Position numbers and translations under genes: made by a program. This document shows, in pieces, positions 1 through 10,700 of a DNA stretch of 64,000 bases. The number at the start of each line of letters is the position of its first letter. The first letter of the stretch is position 1. The stretch lies in IMG/VR virus record IMGVR_UViG_3300033406_000383; one strand, written 5' to 3'. Under the pieces are notes generated by a model. The model saw only the letters and a program-made list of their open reading frames with translations. It was not told the origin of the DNA and did not search any database. The stretch comes from an uncultured virus (IMG/VR IMGVR_UViG_3300033406_000383). Its lineage: Duplodnaviria; Heunggongvirae; Uroviricota; Caudoviricetes.

Positions 1-378
1 ATGAACGTCATTGAATTCGGAAAGAAACTAAGAGAACTAAGAATAATGAAAGGTGTGCAGCAGAAGGAAATCTCTAATGCCCTAGGGATCAGCAGACCTG
101 GGTACGCAAAATTGGAGAATGGAGGCAATGTAAACCTGCCATCCAGAGAAAACATTGAGATTATCGCTAGAGTCCTTGGGGTTAAACCAGAAATATTAAT
201 CGGTGATAACTCAGCATTCTTTGAGCGTTTCACAGAAGAAGAAGCTGCTGCAATGCAATCTGAGGAATCTACTGCTTATATAAAGGTTGCAATTGCTAAA
301 ATGCTGAAAGACAAAGCAGATGCAGAAGCTGCACTGAATGCTAAATTTAAAATTGATATGTATTACAAAAGAGTCTAG
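1..378 (+). CDS. XRE-family helix-turn-helix transcriptional regulator (repressor-like)
   Basis: N-terminal FGKKLRELRIMKGVQQKEISNALGISRPGYAKLENG is a typical Cro/CI HTH; upstream context lies outside the window. Confidence 0.85.
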   Translation: MNVIEFGKKLRELRIMKGVQQKEISNALGISRPGYAKLENGGNVNLPSRENIEIIARVLGVKPEILIGDNSAFFERFTEEEAAAMQSEESTAYIKVAIAKMLKDKADAEAALNAKFKIDMYYKRV

Positions 379-386
379 TGTAAAAG

Positions 387-1022
387 CTAGGCTTTATTTA
401 TTGATGCATCATATGAAAATTCTCCATGATACTTAGTCTCAGCAGACTTACGTAGGTCTATTGCTTCTTGTATATTGCTGGATGCACCTAGATATATACT
501 TTTGCCATTTATCATTATCTGTGCTACCCATTGATTCATCTTCTTATGCCATGTAACTCCTTTAAATCCAGAAGTATTGTTAGATTTAATAGACTGATTT
601 AATTGATTTTCACTTCTTGTGCAAACTCTTAGGTTATTATCAAGGTTGTTAAGTGTACAGTGATCTTTATGGTCTACCTCCATCCCTTTAGGAGCATTGG
701 TTATTAGGCGATGCAACAAAATTCTATCGCCACTCATTGCATACCCACTGTTGTTTAAACGCCACTTATATTGCTTAACAACATCTAAGTGCTTAGTGTT
801 TATTATGGTTCTGCCTGTCTCATTATCACCACGCCCAACTAATACAATTTCAGTAATATCACCATCAATTATATATTCATTGTGATCATGAATTGTCTTT
901 TCTAGTAGTTTACCATATTGATACATTTGACTATAATGCGTATTACATAAGTCCATCCCGTATTTACCTCCCTTTCCTCGGACACCTTTGGTACTTCCAC
1001 AGTACTCACAATGTTTTATCAT
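387..1022 (-). CDS. HNH homing endonuclease with C-terminal AP2 DNA-binding domain
   Basis: LLHRLIT...EVDHKDHCTLNNLDNNLRVCTRSENQLN (HNH_3) followed by NNTSGFKGVTW...WVAQIMINGKSIYLG (AP2); AT-rich relative to neighbours. Confidence 0.88.
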   Translation of the reverse strand: MIKHCEYCGSTKGVRGKGGKYGMDLCNTHYSQMYQYGKLLEKTIHDHNEYIIDGDITEIVLVGRGDNETGRTIINTKHLDVVKQYKWRLNNSGYAMSGDRILLHRLITNAPKGMEVDHKDHCTLNNLDNNLRVCTRSENQLNQSIKSNNTSGFKGVTWHKKMNQWVAQIMINGKSIYLGASSNIQEAIDLRKSAETKYHGEFSYDASINKA

Positions 1023-1136
1023 TAATATATCACCGCTTTCAAAAATTTCTTATTGCCTCTCCAGACTTCCTATGCGAGTCCTGGAGAGGCTTCTTTGTGT
1101 CTGGTTTTCTTTGGTTTACTAAATTGGCATAGGAAA

Positions 1137-4100
1137 TCATCGCTTCCACTGTTTTCTCTCTGGCTTTCTATAGACTACACCGTTCACACTGATTTCTTCT
1201 AGGTTATATCCAAAATCAGTGTTCTTTGCTACGAACATATAGCTCCCCCCGACTACAATGAGATCCTTGAATTGATTCCAATGCTCTTCAAAGGCACTAC
1301 ATCGGAATTCACCATAGTCAGACTTGAGTGTCACCCAACCCATAGTCTTTCCATTGCTGACTACTTTGGAGTATACATTGGTTAACTTGCCTACCTTGAC
1401 ATTCGGTGCGATACCTTCGGAATATCCAAGGACTTCGATTTCGCCTATGGTGTTATTGAAGCTACTAAGTTCATCACGGACAGCTAATGCTTTCCTTAGT
1501 TTTTCCTCCAGTTTTGCAATGTCATCTTTGCGATTCTGGAGTTTCTTTACATTGTCTGAGTATACTTTAGTAGCGGTGTTTGTTCTGGATGCTAGGTCTT
1601 CAGTGAGTGCTTTGATACTGTCGTGATTCTTAACAATCGCAGCTTGTGCCTTGGCAATTCCTTGTTCAACTTGGAGTACATCGGTCAGCATGTCCATCCT
1701 TGATCTTCCAAAACAGTCCATTGCTCCACCTTTGATGAGTGCAGTGGATACACCTTTATTGTTCTTGGATACCACGGATTCATAGGAAGTAACATCGTCT
1801 AGCTTTAGATTACCGCCGATGCCTTTGATGTAGTGAAGTCCCATACGGATCGCATTGCCCTCAATGATAAACTCTGGATTACACTTTGAAATATCTGGTG
1901 GTAACAATGCAATACTCATCTTCTTAAGTTCCTTGATGAATACTAAGATTTTCTCTTGGTCAAAATCCTCATTATTCATTGATGCACACATATATTCCAA
2001 TGGATAATTCGCCTTAAGGTATGACGTTTGGTACGCGATAAGACCATAAGCTGCAGAATGAGCCTTATTGAAGCAGTATGCAGCGAATTCTACTATTTGC
2101 TTTGTGATCTTCTCCATGACATCACGAGGTATCCCATTGGTTACCCCACGTTCAATCATTGTATCAATCGCAGGAGTCATCTCATCGATCTTCTTTTTAC
2201 CTATGATACGGCGTAATACATCAGCTTCACCCAATGAATATCCACAGAGAGACTTAGCTATTTCAAGGATTTGCTCTTGGTATAATATGATTGAATACGT
2301 CGGCTCAAGAATTGCACGTAGCTTATCATGGAGATACACAGGTTCAATTTCCCCAGACCTTACTTTGACATACGTGGCAACCATTGTATCCCCAGTTTCT
2401 TCTACGATAGCATTGAGACACCCTGGCCTATACAATGCGACCAAAGGAATAAGGTCATTGAAGTGACTAGGTTTAATATCCTTGACTAGTTGTGTCATAC
2501 CTGGGCTGCCAATTTGGAAGCATCCTTTGGTTTTACCTTCGCATAACATATCGAATGTCAGTGGGTCATCCAATGGAATTTTTTCGATGTCAATGTTCTG
2601 CCCTGTCTTTTCTATGCAATCAGCTATAACATCCAATGTTTTAAGGCCAAGCACATCTGCCTTCATTAGTCCCATGTCTTCAAGCAATGGGTATGCAGTG
2701 GATACGATGTAACATGGTTTGTTAGTCTTGGAATCATTCTGACGTTCCACAGATGAATACTTTGAAATATCATCGTTTCTATCTAGGACAAGTACACAAC
2801 TCGCATGTTTTCCGAAACCACTAATGATCCCTACGAATCGTAATGCTAGATCAATAAGTTCTGAGTTGTCATTGTCCCTAAGGTGTTCTACGATCCATCG
2901 CTTTTGTTCATAGGTGCTTAGTTGTTCTTCGTCTTCATCATCGGATTCATATTTTGACGCACCTTTGAGTAAGTCGCCTAGTGATTCCTGTGACCATCCC
3001 AATGCTGCCCCTGCTCGTCTTATGGCTCCTTTGGCTCCAATGGTTTGAAATGTGCGAACTTGGTATACTTCACCATATGTTTCTTGGATCATATCAATGA
3101 TTTTTCCACGGTGTCTACGGCTTACATCGCAATCTATATCTGGCGGTGCAATCCGTTCGTTGTGAGCAAACCTCTCGAATGTCAGATCGTACTTGATACT
3201 ATCCAATGCAGTCATTCCCATGAGGTATGCGATCATAGATGCCACAACACTTCCTCTGCCTCTACCAATGGGAATCCCTTGATCCCTTGCGAATCTTAGG
3301 TAACTATTGGTGATCAAGAAGTAACTACAGTAATCCTGTTTTTCTAGGACTTCCAGTTCATACTTGATGCGTTCACCGTATGCCACTATATCCACATCGG
3401 AGCCTACGATTAACTTGTTCCATCCTTCGATACACTGTTGTCTAACCTCAGCAAGCGGTGATTCACATGGATAGCTAGGGTAATTCTTAGATCCGAAGTC
3501 AATAGTTACATTGGATCTGTCAGAGAGCACCTGTGTATTAGCAATGGCTTGTTCTACGATATCACATGGGAGATAGCTTAGGTTCCCACGTATTTCATCG
3601 GCACTTTGGATATATAATGTTTCATTGAGGTGCTCATCGCCTTCTTGGACTTTCGATGTATTCTTGAAATGTTTATGAAGGTCAGCGTCACCCTTAAATG
3701 CAAAGTGAGCATCAGTAGCTACAATGAGTTTTATACCGTATTCCTTAGCTAATTCAATGAGTATTCTATTGTATTCGTGTTGTTCTTCGCACTGGTATGT
3801 ATGTACTTCAAGGAATATATCATCGACTCCGAAGATACTTATGAATTGCTCAAGTAGTTTAGTGTTAATACTATAGCTAACCACCTTCCCCTCAGTATCT
3901 TTCACTGGAACCCTTAGCCACGATCCAAGACAGGCTGACCCCAAAAGAAGCCCTTTGGAATATTTACGGATTAGATCAATATCGACACGACCTTTGAAGT
4001 AGAAGTTATCTGGGTATTCACCCTTGTTTCCATGGGATTCAGTGGTGAGCCTGTAGAGGTTTTGGAGTCCTTCGTTGTCCTTTGCCCAGAATGTTATGTG

Positions 4101-4352
4101 TCGAAGGTCTCTTTGTTTAATACTGAGATCGCTTGTTAAGTATCCCTCCATAGCTGGAATTAACTTTATTCCAACTTTCTTGGACTTTTTGTATGCTTCT
4201 GCTATTCCTGAGCAAGTTCCATGGTCTGAGATCGCCCATGATGTCGCGCCGATTTCCTTAAGTCTAAGCAAGATATTATCTATGCGATTTATTGAGTCTT
4301 GCATAGAGTAGTTTGAGTAGTCAGTATGGACATGGCATGGAGCATATGACAT
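1137..4352 (-). CDS. dnaE: DNA polymerase III alpha subunit (family C) with PHP domain
   Basis: HVHTDYS, ISDHG, TDAHF PHP ligands; GRGRGS; catalytic PDIDCD; KADVLGLKTL; YCFNKAHSAAYG. Confidence 0.95.
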   Translation of the reverse strand: MSYAPCHVHTDYSNYSMQDSINRIDNILLRLKEIGATSWAISDHGTCSGIAEAYKKSKKVGIKLIPAMEGYLTSDLSIKQRDLRHITFWAKDNEGLQNLYRLTTESHGNKGEYPDNFYFKGRVDIDLIRKYSKGLLLGSACLGSWLRVPVKDTEGKVVSYSINTKLLEQFISIFGVDDIFLEVHTYQCEEQHEYNRILIELAKEYGIKLIVATDAHFAFKGDADLHKHFKNTSKVQEGDEHLNETLYIQSADEIRGNLSYLPCDIVEQAIANTQVLSDRSNVTIDFGSKNYPSYPCESPLAEVRQQCIEGWNKLIVGSDVDIVAYGERIKYELEVLEKQDYCSYFLITNSYLRFARDQGIPIGRGRGSVVASMIAYLMGMTALDSIKYDLTFERFAHNERIAPPDIDCDVSRRHRGKIIDMIQETYGEVYQVRTFQTIGAKGAIRRAGAALGWSQESLGDLLKGASKYESDDEDEEQLSTYEQKRWIVEHLRDNDNSELIDLALRFVGIISGFGKHASCVLVLDRNDDISKYSSVERQNDSKTNKPCYIVSTAYPLLEDMGLMKADVLGLKTLDVIADCIEKTGQNIDIEKIPLDDPLTFDMLCEGKTKGCFQIGSPGMTQLVKDIKPSHFNDLIPLVALYRPGCLNAIVEETGDTMVATYVKVRSGEIEPVYLHDKLRAILEPTYSIILYQEQILEIAKSLCGYSLGEADVLRRIIGKKKIDEMTPAIDTMIERGVTNGIPRDVMEKITKQIVEFAAYCFNKAHSAAYGLIAYQTSYLKANYPLEYMCASMNNEDFDQEKILVFIKELKKMSIALLPPDISKCNPEFIIEGNAIRMGLHYIKGIGGNLKLDDVTSYESVVSKNNKGVSTALIKGGAMDCFGRSRMDMLTDVLQVEQGIAKAQAAIVKNHDSIKALTEDLASRTNTATKVYSDNVKKLQNRKDDIAKLEEKLRKALAVRDELSSFNNTIGEIEVLGYSEGIAPNVKVGKLTNVYSKVVSNGKTMGWVTLKSDYGEFRCSAFEEHWNQFKDLIVVGGSYMFVAKNTDFGYNLEEISVNGVVYRKPERKQWKR

Positions 4353-4406
4353 TATTTATTCCTCCTCGTATTCCCTAGTTTCCTTTGGTTTCCCAAGCAG
4401 ACATAG

Positions 4407-4652
4407 TTAACCCTTGACCATCCCTCGGAAATCATTGAGTCCAAAGTGTCTCATGCAGAAAGCATCGTCATCACTGACATTACCAACGACTACATAGTAT
4501 TGCCCCTGCCATCCATCCATGAGTATTCTTTGATTATCTACGATAGCTTGCTTCACTGCATCAGTGTCCCACGCAAGAGTATCACCGATATCTACGATTC
4601 CACCACTGTAATATTTCCCTGTGTCTTTGTAGAAATCAACTTGGATTTTCAT
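4407..4652 (-). CDS. hypothetical phage protein
   Basis: 81-aa ORF with GGAGGTG RBS, co-directional with the operon. Confidence 0.7.
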   Translation of the reverse strand: MKIQVDFYKDTGKYYSGGIVDIGDTLAWDTDAVKQAIVDNQRILMDGWQGQYYVVVGNVSDDDAFCMRHFGLNDFRGMVKG

Positions 4653-4878
4653 TGGACACCTCCGTACACCCTGCTTCCCTTAGTTTTGCCTTGAGATCAT
4701 CGAAACTAAGGTTGTCAAAGAACTCATCGACCTCGCAGTTTCCTTTGGTTTCCTCAATAGGCATAGTAAAGCTATCCGCGCATACACTGCATTCGCATTG
4801 AACCTCAGTACCTCTATAGACTACTCCATGAATAACCTTGCCACACCACTTGCATTTAACGCGATAAACTTTGATCAT
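4636..4878 (-). CDS. hypothetical zinc-ribbon-like protein
   Basis: CKWC...CECSVC; AGGAGG RBS; carries an internal copy of the 31-bp motif. Confidence 0.65.
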   Translation of the reverse strand: MIKVYRVKCKWCGKVIHGVVYRGTEVQCECSVCADSFTMPIEETKGNCEVDEFFDNLSFDDLKAKLREAGCTEVSNENPS

Positions 4879-4892
4879 CTTAGTTTTCCTCC

Positions 4893-5467
4893 TTAATTCA
4901 CAGATTTATATGTTCTTCCACAGTGCTTGCAGTACCTTAGTTCAACATTGAAAGTCCTAACGTAAGGATAGCTGTCGATAACCACATACTCGCAGTAGCT
5001 ATGGTTACATTGTTCTCTTAGAAATCCAAGCATTCTCTGTTCCTCCTCATATTCCCATGTCTACCTGTGTAACAACCCACAGTCCTTCAGCGTAATACAG
5101 TGTATCCATCGCGGACTGTGAGATTACCTTGAATATTACATTGTTCTTGTCAATGAACAGTATCATAGGTCGTCGCCGTCCTCGCAGAAACATAGTTCAT
5201 AACATTGCCCACAACGACCACATCGGAAATCATCTAGTGAATCAATACCATATAGCCACGGTATCACATCGCTTAATTCCATGTTGTCAAGTTTATCCTG
5301 TTGTTCGTCGGTTAGTTTCATTGTTATTCCTCCGATCTCATTATTTCGAAATATCTATCGCTGTGCTTCCTCATGTACAGCCACGCCTGCAATCTTCGTT
5401 TTACTAATGTAAATTTAAAGTTTTCATCTTTGAAACTAGCAAATACCCTGTGTCTATGTTTCATCAT
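4893..5467 (-). CDS. cluster of four small ORFs below the ORF-track cutoff (5324-5467, 5163-5321, 5047-5166, 4893-5033)
   Basis: Each ORF is either preceded by a GAGG/GGAGG-type RBS or coupled by an ATGA overlap; directly downstream of the sigmaA promoter at 5499-5527. Confidence 0.6.
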
Positions 5468-5498
5468 TTCCTCGCCTCCTTAGTTTCCTTATGATTCT

Positions 5499-5527
5499 AT
5501 GATAAACCATTTAGTTTCCTATGTCAA
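5499..5527 (-). promoter_or_regulatory. sigmaA-type promoter with AGGAAACTA box in the spacer
   Basis: TTGACA-taggaaactaaatggtt(17)-TATCAT on the minus strand. Confidence 0.8.
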
Positions 5528-5550
5528 CATATTTATTTCATAAATAAACG

Positions 5551-5602
5551 AAAAAAGCGAGGACACCACGTTTAGCTTACGCTAAATCCATGATATCCTC
5601 GC
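5551..5602 (-). terminator. intrinsic terminator ending the late/lysis operon
   Basis: Minus strand GCGAGGATATCATG...CGTGGTGTCCTCGC stem followed by TTTTTT. Confidence 0.75.
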
Positions 5603-5626
5603 ACGTTCATTACATTCACTAGAGCC

Positions 5627-6160
5627 TTACCATTCAACTATGGTTCTAACATAGGTCGCCCCGTATTTCTGTGATACTGGAGAGTAATGCAGTATGACCT
5701 CGTTTTTCCCTTGCTGATACCCAAGGTCAACATAGGCTTCTTTGTCCAGCACTGTGACTCCTGCTTTCACTTTGTGATTTTTCTCCGTATGCACAGAGTA
5801 AAATGAGTTGGTCACAGGACTCGTGGTTTCTTTGATTACTAAGTCACCTTTATCTGCCTTGGTGAGTTCCTGAGCACGAGCCTCCGCTTGCCCCTGCGTG
5901 GCAGTAACATAGACAATCTGTGGAGCCCCTTGTTTAACTTCTGTAATCTTCTCGGTGATTGTCTTGATTTCCGCAGGAGTAGCATCAGGTTTCAATGTCG
6001 CCATAGCCTTAGCCACTTCGTTATAATCCACGGAAGCCACTGTTGCCATAGGGACGTTCTTGGAGCTTCGGTATTCATAGTAACCCACGCACAAAACTGC
6101 GATTACCAAGAGTAACCCTAGTAGAAACTTCCATTCTCTCTTGAAAAACTCTAGTATCAT
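5627..6160 (-). CDS. membrane-anchored lysis-cassette protein, candidate spanin-like
   Basis: N-terminal TM helix (FLLGLLLVIAVLCVGYY), helical middle, beta-strand-like C-terminus ending in Trp; last gene of the lysis cassette. Confidence 0.55.
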   Translation of the reverse strand: MILEFFKREWKFLLGLLLVIAVLCVGYYEYRSSKNVPMATVASVDYNEVAKAMATLKPDATPAEIKTITEKITEVKQGAPQIVYVTATQGQAEARAQELTKADKGDLVIKETTSPVTNSFYSVHTEKNHKVKAGVTVLDKEAYVDLGYQQGKNEVILHYSPVSQKYGATYVRTIVEW

Positions 6161-6243
6161 AATTACCTCCTTTCTAGCAGCGTCATACAGAGGATTAATT
6201 CTGCACCTGCTTAGTATTGCCTTGGCTAAACCCTAGAACGTCT

Positions 6244-6393
6244 CTATTGGACTCCTAGGGTGGTCATACGCGATTCCACGGCTTTCACAAGGTTCTCGTG
6301 GGCTTCCACGATCTCAGGGATAAGCCTTGGATACTTCTTTAGCATCTTGTCACGGTTATCATTGATTATTGCGAGAAGGTCTATGAGTTTCAT
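6244..6393 (-). CDS. small hypothetical protein (49 aa, MKLIDLLAIINDNRDK...)
   Basis: ATGA-coupled to the endolysin stop; not in the ORF track. Confidence 0.55.
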   Translation of the reverse strand: MKLIDLLAIINDNRDKMLKKYPRLIPEIVEAHENLVKAVESRMTTLGVQ

Positions 6394-6833
6394 AGGGCAC
6401 ACGCACGAATTGTCTGCAGTATTTTCTCCGCATACTCTGGATCAGTGGCATATATGGGAGCCAATGTTCTAACAAAGGATTCAAGGTCATCTCTGTAGTC
6501 AAGGCACTCTGCATAGCATGGCTCCTCAGTAATTAGGATACACCAGTCTCTCACAGCCTCGTCCATTGAATCGTATGATTTAAACGCAGCTTCGATGGTT
6601 ACCCACTGACCGTCATAGCATTCTTGGGTTTCCACGGTTACCGAGGCATCACCATCGACTGCCTTGCGTCCAAAGATATTGAAGCCTCCATTGCCTAATC
6701 CGTAGGTTCCCCATTGGGACTCTAAGGCTCCTTGGGCTACACAACATTGCCAAGGTAGGCTGAATGACGCACAGACCTCCTTAGCAGGTTCTATGATCAT
6801 CTCTAAATATTCATCAGGTGTCATTGTTATCAT
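6390..6833 (-). CDS. endolysin, GH73 glucosaminidase/FlgJ-like catalytic domain only
   Basis: AQGALESQWG, FNIFGRKA, TQECYDG, FKSYDS, YATDPEYAEKI. Confidence 0.9.
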   Translation of the reverse strand: MITMTPDEYLEMIIEPAKEVCASFSLPWQCCVAQGALESQWGTYGLGNGGFNIFGRKAVDGDASVTVETQECYDGQWVTIEAAFKSYDSMDEAVRDWCILITEEPCYAECLDYRDDLESFVRTLAPIYATDPEYAEKILQTIRACAL

Positions 6834-7242
6834 CCTTTCGTTTTGTTGATTTCTGTGCTATCCACAGAGGGAATGACATATCATGGATTCCATGGTTATT
6901 TTCGATATGATGGCGTCTACATAGCACAAGCATGTTTCTAATGTCATCTGGGGAAGTCACAGGAGTGTCCTTGAGTATCGCTGAGTACCCGTAGAAATCA
7001 AAGAGTTCACAGAGTTCCTTGACTTTCTCATAGTCCGCTATGTTCGCCAAAGACCACTCAATGCAAAAGTGGTGCACCTGGAGTTCTTCCAATGCACCAC
7101 ATATGAAACACTTATAATGCCCATCGCTCCTGAGCTTTTCTTTGGAATGTCGGAATTCTGATGATTCCTTGCGATCCTCGTGTCCTGGGATTACTATAGA
7201 TTCAGTAAATGTATGTTTCTCTAGGTGTTCTGCGACACTCAT
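6814..7242 (-). CDS. HNH-like zinc-binding protein within the lysis cassette
   Basis: CFICG...LQVHH...NMLVLCRRHH...GIH; start placed at the ATG overlapping the upstream stop. Confidence 0.7.
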   Translation of the reverse strand: MSVAEHLEKHTFTESIVIPGHEDRKESSEFRHSKEKLRSDGHYKCFICGALEELQVHHFCIEWSLANIADYEKVKELCELFDFYGYSAILKDTPVTSPDDIRNMLVLCRRHHIENNHGIHDMSFPLWIAQKSTKRKDDNNDT

Positions 7243-7559
7243 GGCTTCACCAAGTGGCTTGCATAGTACGCGAACATTACTGCAGATACCACGCAAGTCC
7301 CTGCGCCACCAATGACCCATAGTTTCATTTTGTCTTCCAATGTTTCCATCTTGAGTGCCATGTGTTCCTTGGATACATATTTTTCATCGAGTTTGCCAAT
7401 GAACTCATTGATTTTAGCTTGGCCTTCTAAGATGTGTTTGATATCTGTGGGAAGTCCTGAGAATGTATCAAAGATTTTCTCAATGTCAGCTTTGTTTTGT
7501 CTTATGGATTCATCGTGTGCATAGAAGTGTTGTGAGCATTGGTTATCCTCTGGTGGCAC
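7239..7559 (-). CDS. coiled-coil protein with C-terminal TM helix (holin/XhlA-like)
   Basis: Coiled-coil N-terminus, hydrophobic LWVIGGAGTCVVSAVMFAYY; lysis-cassette position. Confidence 0.55.
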   Translation of the reverse strand: MPPEDNQCSQHFYAHDESIRQNKADIEKIFDTFSGLPTDIKHILEGQAKINEFIGKLDEKYVSKEHMALKMETLEDKMKLWVIGGAGTCVVSAVMFAYYASHLVKP

Positions 7560-7773
7560 TAGGCATCTCTCCTTTGTTACTATTAAATGCAGAGTCTATC
7601 CCATGTTTAATACTGAGTTGTCCGAAGACAAATGTGGCAATGTCAGTGAGTTCTTTGATGACAAAGTGACCTCCGTAGATTCCATTGTAGAGTTGCTCGG
7701 AGATGCCTAGGAAAGCAAAAAGACCAACATAGAGGGCTATGTCAGTCTTTAGGTATGCTATGAATTTGTCCAT
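7543..7773 (-). CDS. putative holin
   Basis: Small hydrophobic protein MDKFIAYLKTDIALYVGLFAFLGI...; AAGGAGGT RBS; first gene after the tail tip. Confidence 0.6.
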   Translation of the reverse strand: MDKFIAYLKTDIALYVGLFAFLGISEQLYNGIYGGHFVIKELTDIATFVFGQLSIKHGIDSAFNSNKGEMPSATRG

Positions 7774-7783
7774 GGTTACCTCC

Positions 7784-10700
7784 TTAAAATGCCCACGATT
7801 TACCACCGCATTCTTGGTATCCATCTTCCCATACGTGGTAATCAAGGGTTATATTGTTCCTTAGTACTCTGTCAGTCGATGAATAGTACTTAGTAGTTCC
7901 ATCAAAGAACATTGTTACAGTGCCAGTCTTAGATACCATGTAAATCCGAAACGCATAGTTGTGACCACTGATAGTACTAGGGATGGCAAAGGTGGCAGTG
8001 TGTCTTCCTAGTGCCTGTGCTGATGAGGTGTACCCAGTTTCCCATGTACTATCAGTGTCATCTGCGTCCTTCCATTGTATCTCTGTGACCACCGCAGACC
8101 CTGTCCCACTGGTTACATAGTCTACTGAGACACTAGCATTGCCACCATCGATGACACCATAGAATGTCTTAGCATACGATGTGCCAACGGCTGTAATGTT
8201 GCCAGTGATGTCAGCGGTTGAACTTTGTAACGCTGTTCCAGTAGCCACCGCAGGTACATAGATTTCTCCTACGACTGCCATGTTGTTGTCACCAAGATTT
8301 TCATTTCCATCATTGGATAACCCAGTTTTACTACGAACTCTATAGGACACATAGGCATGTTTGTTTATCAATGGGTCTTTCAGTGGCATACTGCGTGGCA
8401 CAAAGATTCCATTGAGTGGCATATGTCCTGGAATGTGAGAACTAGGAATAAGCATTGCAGACTGTCCTAGTGTCCCTGTGTAGTGCCTACCGTGGTGCGT
8501 CTGTGCTGACTTTGTATTCCACCATGTTGCACCACTGGTATCATAGTCACTAATGTAAAGTCCATTGTAACCAAGGGATGTTGTACTAGTCCAATCAGTG
8601 GAGTTTTGCATAGTTCTCTTATAGGTAACACCATCGTCTGTCAGGTTCAATCCGTTGTATATCGTGGAAGCATTGGTGTTACTTGGGAAATTCATAGTTC
8701 CTGAGAATGTTGCATCGGCTCCAATGAAGCACTCGGCATTCAATGTTCCCTTGATGGTACAATCAGAATCAAACACAGATTGCCCTGTGATATGAACATA
8801 CTTAGAATCAATGGTTATTCCCGATGGCTCGATGTTTAATAATGACTTCACTGTTCCATCGGATGCTCTGAATTGTAGGTTATCTAAGGTTTGGCTTATT
8901 GCAGTGTATGTGCATTCTGCCAATGGTTTCCCAAGTTCCGTAATTACTGAGTTCAACCCTGTGCTAGTTTGAGTTATCTGAGACTGTATCCCCGTACTCA
9001 TGTATCCCTGTGGAATACCGTTGATAACTTTGGTATATATTTCAGCATAAGGAGCAGTGGCATCTTGGGTTGTAAATCTTTCCAACGCTGTGCCTTTGCC
9101 TAATCCTGGGGTTCCTATGAGGGCATAAGGTAACCTACCGTAAACATCGAATCCTACTCCGCTACTTCCGCATCTAATCAGAGCATTAATTAGGTTTTCC
9201 GACCATCCAACGGCATCATAAGATGACAAGATTACTATGTCGTCATTGGTAGCTGCGTTTAATGCTGTTGCTAGAGCTTCCCTAGCATTGTTGTCTCCAT
9301 AAGTATCAAAGGTGGTATCATAATGCACAACTAAGGTATCTTTGTATACTACGGTTAATCTAAGTCCCCTACCACTTGTATCATACATAGTAGTACCATT
9401 GATTTTCAGTAATCTATTAGCATCTCTGTTTAAACCTGTGCCTTTCACATAAATACCATTAGATATATCATAGTTCTCCAGTGAAGTCGTAGTGAATCCC
9501 TTGGCGGTCTGTAATGCCTTAGTAATCGCATGATACTGCCCTGCTGCATCTGGTTCCCCTGCGAGTACACTGGTAATCGACGAGAGTCCTTCGGATAAAT
9601 CAGTAGCATCTATGGCGACCTGAGCCTTTGCTACGGCCTCTTGTATTTCTGTGTCCATCATAGTTAATGACAGGTTTTCCAAGACTAATAACTCAGGATC
9701 AATAGTTGATTTGACCACTTTTTGATATGTGGTAGACATTGTACCTTCGCCAAAAATATCCAGATAACAGAGTTTAACTTCATAGATACCTGCAGCAACT
9801 TTCATTGTATACATATTGTTAGGACTAAAGTATGCTTGGTTATTAATGTAGACATCGATACCTGTGCAGTACGTTGGTAATGCCGAACATGACACAGTTA
9901 ATTCACTAGCTGCATCGGTAACCAGGACGTTCGTTGGAGCACTAGGGGGCACTTTGTTATACTCAAATACACAAGGCAAACTATAGTATCCTGCGGTATT
10001 GTGAGCATATAGATACACTGTGGAATGTCTCGTAGGTGGAACCATAAATGCTTGAGTAGACGATGTTTTCACGAGGAGACCTGTGGTTGATCCTGGGTTT
10101 TGATCAAGTCTTAACTCCGCATAATCACAGTCTTTATCCAACGCATCCCAGTTCCATTCACAGGTGTTCGTAATATCAACAGTGAGCCCAGTGGGTGTCG
10201 ATGGTGCTGTGGTTTTCCCTTGAACAACTACGGACACCGTAGGCGCAGTATCGAAGGTGGCCTTGCGTCCTAATGAATTCACCGCGACCACTTTGAATGT
10301 TGCGGTGGTATCTTTGGTCATGTTGGAGATAAGGAGTTTTTCATAGGCTTTACCCATAAGCTTCCATGTGGTGTCCGAAGACAACATATAGACCTCAGCT
10401 TCTCTATAGAAAGTGTCTATGTTGTCCCATGTCACCTCGACATCATTAGCAATTACTCCGCTACCAAGGTCTCTCCAGCTTTCTATGATATCAAGGTTAG
10501 TTACATCCGATACATCCTCGGTTATCGCAGATTCTATGGGAGTGTATGTTTTAATCTGGACTTCATCAGTGATATCACCGTAGATGCTTGAATTATACTG
10601 TTGTGCCTTGATACTCCATGTGCCATTCTGCTGCTGTATCTCAAGGATTCTCCATGGCATATCTTCGATTAAATGTGTGTTAACACCGTCTACAACCTTA

